Shown in pieces: positions 56,412 to 64,000 of a stretch of 64,000 nt of DNA. The stretch covers positions 20,451,477 through 20,515,476 of the forward strand of contig NC_068985.1 in the NCBI RefSeq assembly GCF_001194135.2. The letters run 5' to 3'. This stretch comes from Octopus bimaculoides (Eukaryota). How positions within the stretch are numbered: position 1 is the stretch's first letter; each line of letters opens with the position of its first letter. The translations under genes and the position numbers were made by a program. A model generated the notes under the pieces. That model ran no database searches, was not told the origin of the DNA, and saw only the letters and a program-made list of their open reading frames with translations.

Positions 56412-57709
56412 CAGGATGTGGTGAATAAATTGTTGTCTAAATTACACAAAAATGAAAATAACACTGACGTCTCATTTTAACATATATTTGCCAAAATTAC
56501 ATTAAAATATCTTGAAATACTAAAGAGTAAATTTATTAAATAAAATCACCATTGGCTTCAATCACAGCCTCCAGACAACTTCGGAATCTCCTGCAACCCT
56601 TCTGAGCAGTCTCCTTGTTTAAATTGGTGAATGCTACCATAATCCTTGCCTTCAGTTCATCTTTGGTGTTACAAGGAGTTTTGTTTGTCTTTTGTTCAAT
56701 TGCATCCCACACATAATAATCAAGGGGGTTGCAGACTGGGAAGTTAGATGGCCATATGTTAGGGGTGATGTGGTTGCAGAAATTGTCTGTCAGCCATGAC
56801 TGGGTTCTCCTGTTTGTGTGGCATGGTGCAGAATCCTGTTGCTAGACATAGGGTCTTCCAACAGCCACGCTCTTCACCCTGGGCAGCACTACTTCCTCCA
56901 AGCACTTGATGTAGGCCTCCATGCTGATTGTGAGGTCATGTGGGATGATGGATGAAGGCATAACATCACCATCACTAGTGATCACTCCAAACACCATGAT
57001 GTTGACTGGATGTTTGATTTTTATCACTCTTGCTACATGTTTTAGGAACACGGTAAGTCAACAGTTGTTCTGTATGTTCACCATCTGATCCTGGCAGAAA
57101 TTTTTCTTGTCTGAGAAAAACTAAAGCATGTTCAGTTGGAGGGGATGCTTGAGTTTGTTCAAACACTTTGTAGCACAGTCTTTCCTCTTGTCTTTAATGG
57201 TTTGGGATAAAAATTGGCTCTTTCTCATCTTGCATGAAGAATACCAAATATTTCATGCACTACTTGCCTGATAAGAAACTCAGACTCTCATGTCCCTGGC
57301 AATGAACCTGATTGAATTGGAAGGATCGTTGTCAATCATGACCTGGATCTCACCATCAAATTCAGGAGTTCTTTTCTGAACAGAACAATTAGAGTGCGTT
57401 TTCTGAGCTGCCATACCTTCGTAATCATCATTAAACTTGTCCAACTCTTTCTGAATCCTCTGCACTGTCCTCAGATTGACACCCAAACACTCTGAAATGT
57501 TCGTATTGGAGTTTCTGGAGGGAATGCCAAGCAGTATAGCATGTTGTTTCCAAATTTGTGACAGAGTGAATTGTGTCATGGTGCTGTTTTTCTCACAGAC
57601 AGTGCCCAACTGACCCTACTATACTGTGTAGTCAACAAAATTAAAAAAAACAATGTACATGCATGAAATTAAAAATATAAAATAGCAATAATTTACCCAT
57701 TGCACCCTG
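56412..57709 (-). mobile_element. Full-length maT (DD37D) Tc1/mariner element, 1298 bp
   Basis: Degenerate TIRs CAGGGTGCAATGGGTAAATTATTGC (reverse complement, right end, TA at 57710-57711) and CAGGATGTGGTGAATAAATTGTTGT (left end, TG in place of TA). Confidence 0.88.
56536..57609 (-). pseudogene. DD37D transposase pseudogene
   Basis: HTH region (ISECLGVNLRTVQRIQKEL; DPSNSIRFIARDM), FFSDKKNF (D1), IMVFGVITSDG, and QQD-SAPCH...WPSNFPVCNPL-DYYVW with exactly 37 residues between D2 and D3. One frameshift near 57285 and three stops. Confidence 0.93.
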
Positions 57710-57754
57710 TACACACACACATATATATATTATATATATATATATATATATATG

Positions 57755-58230
57755 ACGACCTGTTGGAGCAAGTGAGATCGAAACTGAACCAAATTTGATG
57801 ACTGGCACCCGTGTCAATGGAACGCTAACAGCACCATCTGAGCAGGATCACTGCCAGAGCAGTGGTCTCACTTCTGTGCCAGTGGCACGTAAAAAGCACC
57901 ATTTGAGCGCGATCGTTTCCAGCTTCGCCTTACTGGCACTTGTGCCGGTGGCATATGAACAAAACATTGGACTGACTCCTGTGCAGGTCGCACATAAAAA
58001 AGACCATTTGAGTGTGGCCGTTGCCAGTACCACCGGACTGGCCCTCGTGCTGGTGACACATAAAAAGCACCCACTACACTCTCGGAGTGGTTGGCGTTAA
58101 GAAGGGCATCCAGCTGTAGAAAATCTGCCAGATCAGATTGGAGTCTGGTGTAGCCATCCGCTTCACCAATCTCCATTCAAATCGTCCAACCCATGCTAGC
58201 ATGGAGGACGGACGTTAAATGATGATGATG
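57755..58230 (+). mobile_element. Family B / RTE 3' end, long copy inserted in (TA)n
   Basis: Collinear with 45095-45468 and 26426-26660. Confidence 0.9.
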
Positions 58231-58241
58231 ATATATATATG

Positions 58242-58283
<42 letters not shown>

Positions 58284-58869
58284 ATGTGATCAACCAGACT
58301 ATCAGATGTTGTTATGCATGGCTGGTCACACTGCATTTTGGTTTGCATCATTTTAAGCTTTGAATGATGCCACCTTCCTGGTAGAATAATCTACTTCTGC
58401 AGTCTTCATCAGATGCATTCATGCGTAGAAAGTTGCACAATGCAACGACATTGATGATGTCAAGGAAGATGATGAATTGTATGTCTAAATACAGATTGAT
58501 TTTATTTGCTAATATATGTTGTATATATTATCTGTGTATATAATGTTTTCTATAGATATTGAGTGTTTTATATTTATGAAATCATCATCATCATCATAGT
58601 TTAACGTGTGCCTTCCATACTACCATGGGTGGAAAAAAATGGTGAACTTTATTTAATTATACTTGGCAATCTTTGATATGAAATGATATTTTATTTGTAA
58701 ATAGGATATGTGTAATTGTGTGCATAAAGGAGTTTTTTTATGTGCATAATAATATGGCATTGAGTGCACACATCTACTGTCAGCTATTACATTGCTTTTG
58801 TTCAGCACGAGAGGTCAAGGAAATTTTTCTTACAAGTATATATAGCAAGAGTACTGCCATAACTCTTAT

Positions 58870-58871
58870 AT

Positions 58872-58903
<32 letters not shown>

Positions 58904-59185
58904 TATCATCATTTAACGTTCGTTGTCCATGCTGGCATGGGTGCCATTTGCGTGACACTGGTATCTGCCATGGCTGTGGTTTTGCTCAGCTTGATGGGTC
59001 TTCTTCTCAAGCATGACATAATGCCAAAGGTCTCAGTCATTGGCTCCGTGAGGTTCAACACTCAAAAGAAACTCAGCCACTTTGCCTCTATGTGGCCCAA
59101 TGCTTGAAAGGAACTCAGCCACTTTGCCTGCATGAGGCCTAAGTCCCAATACTCAAAAGGAACAGAACCACTTTGCCTCAGTTTG
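58870..59185 (-). mobile_element. RTE-derived element with tandem 42-49-bp repeats and a UTR deletion
   Basis: Reverse complement: (gaggcaaagtggctgagttccttt...) 3 times, then aacctcacggagccaatgactgagacctttggcattatgtcatgcttgagaagaagacc (LTEAMT..LW.Y..LEK-like), then the tail. Confidence 0.7.
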
Positions 59186-59689
59186 TACTTGTCAAGATGA
59201 ATTGGCAGAAAAGAATTAACAGAAAAGTGATAAGAGTGGATGAGCAATTGTAGTCTACAGATGGACATGATAGAAGTAGGGGAGGCAAAAATTGACATAA
59301 TATTTGGGATGACTATAATGATGATTCTTAATAAATAGTGAGCATAATAGGAATCAGTTTTATACGTATAGAATCAAAAATCAAAAACATCATGGCCACC
59401 CATACATACAGGCGTGTTCTGTATGGCCATAACTCTACCTTCTCATCACACACACTCATGCATAATTCTGATGTCTGACAAAACCTACCCACAACCCATC
59501 TCCTCAAAATCCCCACCACCTACTTCAGGCCCCTCCACTTCCTCACACCATCACTTGCTATTGCTAAGTGTCTCCCACCACACTCTTATGGAACATCGCC
59601 TCTATCTTCTCTGTACTACTTATGCTCCCCACTACCACTGTTCTCAGTGGGTAGGCCCTTGCTCTCTCACTGACTGTCTCTATGTTTCC

Positions 59690-60130
59690 CTCTAACTCTC
59701 TCCCACCTCTCTTTTCCTCCTTGTCCTACTGGGGTAGCCAAGTATCTCCTCAGTCGTAAGACAGCTAACCCTGTTCCCCCTATCATATGCCAACCTCTGC
59801 CCTGGTACATGGCCACATCTCTCAAGTGAAATGTTTTTGTCTTGAAAGCTATTTGGTGACCCCAAGGGTGCTGGTGTCATGTAAAAAGCACCTGTGTTGG
59901 AACCACAAAAGAAGCACTATGCTGGTACCACATGAAAAGCACCCGTGTTGGCATCACATGAAAAGCAGCTAGTACACTCTGTAAAGAGGTTGGTGTTAGG
60001 AAGGGCATCCAACTGTTGAAACCATGCCAAAACAGATAACTGGAGCATGGTGTAGCTCTCCAGTTTGCCAGCTCTTGTCAAACCATCCAACCCCTGACAA
60101 CATGGAAAACGAACATTGAATGATCAAGAT
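59690..60130 (+). mobile_element. Long family B variant
   Basis: Reads ggtgaccc..gggtgctggtgtcatgtaaaaagcacc (repeated)...acactctgtaaagaggttggtgttaggaagggcatcc...catggaaaacgaacattgaatgat. Confidence 0.75.
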
Positions 60131-61139
60131 GACTCATTAAATGTTTAACTATTTATTTTACATAGTTTTGAAACCAGTTATTAATGTGTATAATTTAAAT
60201 AAAATTCCATTCAAGACATTCAGGACACCGTCCAATCATGTTTGGAATATTTACAATCATCTCTGCATTATTTATTAGATCATTTTCCCCAAGGTGAATT
60301 GCCTTTACAATAAGAACATGAGTAATTTTCTCTAAGTATATATAGTATATTCAATCTATTTGAAATGAGAATAAATAATGTTAGTTTCCTAATTATGTAC
60401 TAATTGCATTTAATAAATGCATAAAGTTATACTGAAACTTTATATAATTCTGAAGAACTGTTATACAGAACTAAATAGTTTCTTAAAAGAAAAGAAAGAA
60501 AGCTAGTCTGAGGAAATTGCTGATGATTTTTGTCAGCAAAAAGGTCCAATTAATTAAACAGCATAAATTTAAATAGTGTAAGGAGAGGTGACAGAGCTGT
60601 ATTTTGAGTTCTTCCACTGAGACACTCTGTCTTGTAAGGTGGTGAATCAAGTATAGTTGTTTGAGCATTGGATAGAATGCCTTGTGGTATTTGTTATGAC
60701 AGCATTCTCGGTTGAAATCCAGCCAATGTCATCTTTGTTTTCCGTTTTTATTTTTGGTAGTGTAGTGTGGGGTGGGGTGGAATAAAAAAAAGTATCAATC
60801 CAGGTAGCTTGACAGAGCTGTAGAAATGACAAACTTGATGCCTTGTAATGTTTGTTTTCACTTGTCGCATTTTGGGTTCAAATCCTGCAGTAACTTACTT
60901 TGGTTGTAGACATAATCTGATTCCTAGTTTAACACAACCACCTGACAACATGATTACCCTCAGTAGAGTCCACTCTGTTACCAGTATTCAGGCCAGGATC
61001 CCTGTTTGAGGATATCTCCTTCCTTCTCTCTCACCAGTCTGAGATGCCCTACAAAGGGTCATGGGTACTGCTTTCACTCCTGACCAACAGATTAAAAAAT
61101 GTAACAATAAGTAAAAATTGAATTTCAGAAGACAATAAA

Positions 61140-61350
61140 ATAGCAACCTTTTCTACTATAGGCACAGGGCCCAAAATTTTGGAGGAAAGGGCAAGTCGAT
61201 TACATTGACCCCAGTGCTCAATTGGTACTTATTTTATCAATGCCCCAAAAGGATGAAAGGCAAAGTTGACCTTGGCAGAATTTGAACTCAGAATGTAAAG
61301 CCAGTAAAAATGCAGCAAAGCATTTTGACCAGAAGATGATTCTGGCAGCT
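61140..61350 (-). mobile_element. SINE family C
   Basis: Reads ttttctactataggcacagggcccaaaatttt...cccagtgctcaattggtac...ggatgaaaggcaaagttgacc...gaatttgaactcagaatg. Confidence 0.85.
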
Positions 61351-63024
61351 TGTCAACATACAGAAAAAAAAAGAAGAGAAAACAAGTAATACAACAGAGC
61401 AGAAGATCATAAAAACGATGAAGCTTCTAAGAACTTGTTTAATGCATATTGAATAAATGAATTGAGTAAAAGAAAATAATATAAAAGTATTAAAAACATT
61501 ACGTTTTGGAAAAGCCTTTCAACTACAGTTTATTTTATATATTTAGAATATTTAAGAATCACAAGAAATACATATTTATTACTTGATTTCTCTTTTTGCT
61601 TTAAAGAATAACAGCCTTAATAAAATTAGCAATTAACTCAAACAAACCAGATTCTTGTTTTCTGACACAATAACAGATGAAATCTTTTGTGACATATTTA
61701 TTGATGAAAAATTATCAATGCTTTGTATTGAACTCAAGCTGAATCATTTAACAATGAAAGATAATCTAAAACAGATATTAAGACAAAATAATACAATGAA
61801 GATATTCAGTGCCCAGCTGTTTGGTACTTCATTATTGATATACAAGTTTGATTGTTTTCATGTGACAATAAATGCATAAACTAATATTTTCTCTTTCACT
61901 CACACATTTTCAATATATTAGCTGTCAGACATATATATATCTATTGATGATTACATTATGGAAATGGTCGTTAAACAGAACATAGTTGCTTAATTATTTG
62001 TTTAACTTGACCTAAAAATAAGAAAACAATTCAATATTATGTACTAATTGTTTTACCTTTATGTTTTGACTTGGTCATTGTTGCTAGCAACTGCCACTGG
62101 AGAATTCTTAATTTTCTCTTTGGAAAATATAAAGGACAATTTCTGGCAAGCGTTTCTGCTGCCCTTTGCCATTATTATTAAGAAAGATTTCAAACTGGTC
62201 AGACAAGTTTGAACATAGATAACTAATACTTGTCTTTTATCACAGTTATTAATATGGTATTGTTTAGAAAAGAATGATGGACAAAGAAAATAAGAATTTA
62301 ACCTAGGTTATTCATAGAATGGGTTACTTAGTGCTTGACCTACACTTCAGATCCATTTTAAAGCTGCAGATATCATATGTCCCAGTTGTGATTATATGGA
62401 AACACTCTGTAGTTCACTGATATTGTTCAATGTATGAAACAAGAAAGACAAGAGAGATCATGATTTTCAATCTCTGTATACAAAATGGTGGCAGAAATCA
62501 TTCGCTTTTATTACTTATTTTTAACTAAGTAATACGAATTAGGCAAATTAAGTAAACACCTTGCTGAATGATGCATTCATGGTACTCATGACAAGATATT
62601 ACAGAGTAACTATAAGATTTTGGTCATAACTGTAGGATTCTATTTTAGTATTCAATTATCTTAGTGCAGTTGTCTTTCCCTACTTTCAGATTGTCTTCTT
62701 CCCTTCGTTCCATCCATATTGTTCTCTCAAATTATCACAATGACTATTGATTCCCACAATTAAACCTAATCAATCCCTGGCTTGCCTTTGTCAATAAACA
62801 TACGATCTTAATAGTTTGGCCAAAGGATTCAAAAGCATCATTATTTCCAACAAACATTATTTCCAACAAAAGCATCATTATTTCCAACCAACTCTCTCTT
62901 CTATCGATTAGCCTATTTTAATTTTACTTTTCTATTCAACTTGAATTGGTTTTTATTCCTTAACAAAGAGTCTTGTAACACACACTCAGGGATTGCTGCT
63001 ACTCTTGATTTTTTTTTTTTTTAC

Positions 63025-63200
63025 TAATATTGGCACAAGGCTTGAAATTTTAGGATTGGTATGTAGTTGATACCAACGACTTTAGTACTGGATTCATACT
63101 TTGTTTTATTGACCCTGAAAGGATGAAAAGCAAAGTTGATCTTGATAGAATTTGAACTCAGAATGTAAGGAGCCAGAAGAAATATCATAAAGCATTTTTC
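63025..63200 (-). mobile_element. SINE family C, degenerate
   Basis: Reads ggcacaaggcttgaaattt...gaccctgaaaggatgaaaagcaaagttga...gaatttgaactcagaatg. Confidence 0.75.
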
Positions 63201-63311
63201 CAATGCTCTGTGTCCCTAATATTAGCCATAATATCATAATTTCATAAACTACAGTTGTGTGTCTTCTTAGTCAAGAATCCTGAGGCAAATGACACAGAGT
63301 AGTAGAAAGTA

Positions 63312-63342
<31 letters not shown>

Positions 63343-63649
63343 TTGTGTATCTATGAATGTATGTTTATCTGTATGTTTTGTGTGTGTACATTCTATAGTG
63401 GTTACACAACAGTATATTGACAAAGACTGTTCATCTTAATTTGGGAAATATTGTTAGATTGGTCAATGATATATAAACTTTACATTCATTCAACATTCAA
63501 GCGATGTAGTTCACCATTATAATAAAGAAATCCAATTAAAAAGATTCAAACACATCAATGCTGGAAGGCATTGTTGTAAACATGTTCAGACTTTATTAGA
63601 ACAATGTAATCAAATTTTATAAATCAGACTTCCTAAAAAGTAGTCTGAT

Positions 63650-64000
63650 CATCATCCTCCTCATCATCATTTAGCGTCCATGTTCCATGCTGGGTTGGAT
63701 AATTTCACAAGATCTGATGGGTTGAACAATGATATTATACTCCAGTGTTTGCTTTGTCATGTTTTCTGCAGCTAGATGTCCTTTCTAATGTCACCCACTT
63801 TACAACATGCACTGAATGCGTTTTTTTTTCCTGTGGCACCAACACTAGTAAGGTTGTCATACAGCATGCAAGACTAAGATTCCCTTCGATTGAGAGGGGC
63901 TACAGTTGAGTGGAGGGGATGCAACTTTATACTAGAAGATGGGAGGTCAAAGTATGAGAGAAAAGTCCCAATCAAAACAGGTTTCTTGCTATTGAGATGC
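63650..64000 (-). mobile_element. Long family B variant, degenerate
   Basis: Reads tcatcatttagcgtccatgttccatgctgg...gctagatgtcctttctaat...gtggcacc...aaaacaggtttcttgct. Confidence 0.65.

Overview
AT-rich, gapped eukaryotic DNA saturated with microsatellites and retroposons. The repeat landscape suggests a cephalopod mollusc such as Octopus, which is an inference and not proven from the sequence. Almost every ORF in the supplied track is an artefact of microsatellites, N-runs or dead transposons. The host-gene signal missed by that track is three small + strand AG/GT-bounded coding exons (28594-28702, 39569-39644, 51597-51770) with compatible phases; they encode an F-BAR-like coiled-coil region and are separated by 11-12 kb introns. 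Most of the rest is transposon archaeology: (a) the 3' end of a Helitron; (b) three different Penelope-like element (PLE) relics, two ending in hammerhead-ribozyme-like motifs, one of those also carrying a tRNA-like Pol III cassette and the other a long Ser/Asn-rich insert inside its GIY-YIG nuclease; (c) an Hsmar1-like mariner with an in-frame catalytic deletion; (d) a full-length DD37D maT; (e) a MULE derivative plus hAT and Tc1/mariner MITEs; (f) RTE 3' ends and dozens of modular tRNA-derived SINEs, labelled here A1, A2, C, D and E, with B for RTE-type tails. Also present are a 174-nt diverged 18S rRNA 5' fragment, a SINE-derived tandem array, and a 121-bp local templated duplication. There is no CRISPR array, intact tRNA gene or intact rDNA. 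SINE boundaries are approximate (about +/-10-20 nt) unless TSDs or TIRs are quoted.
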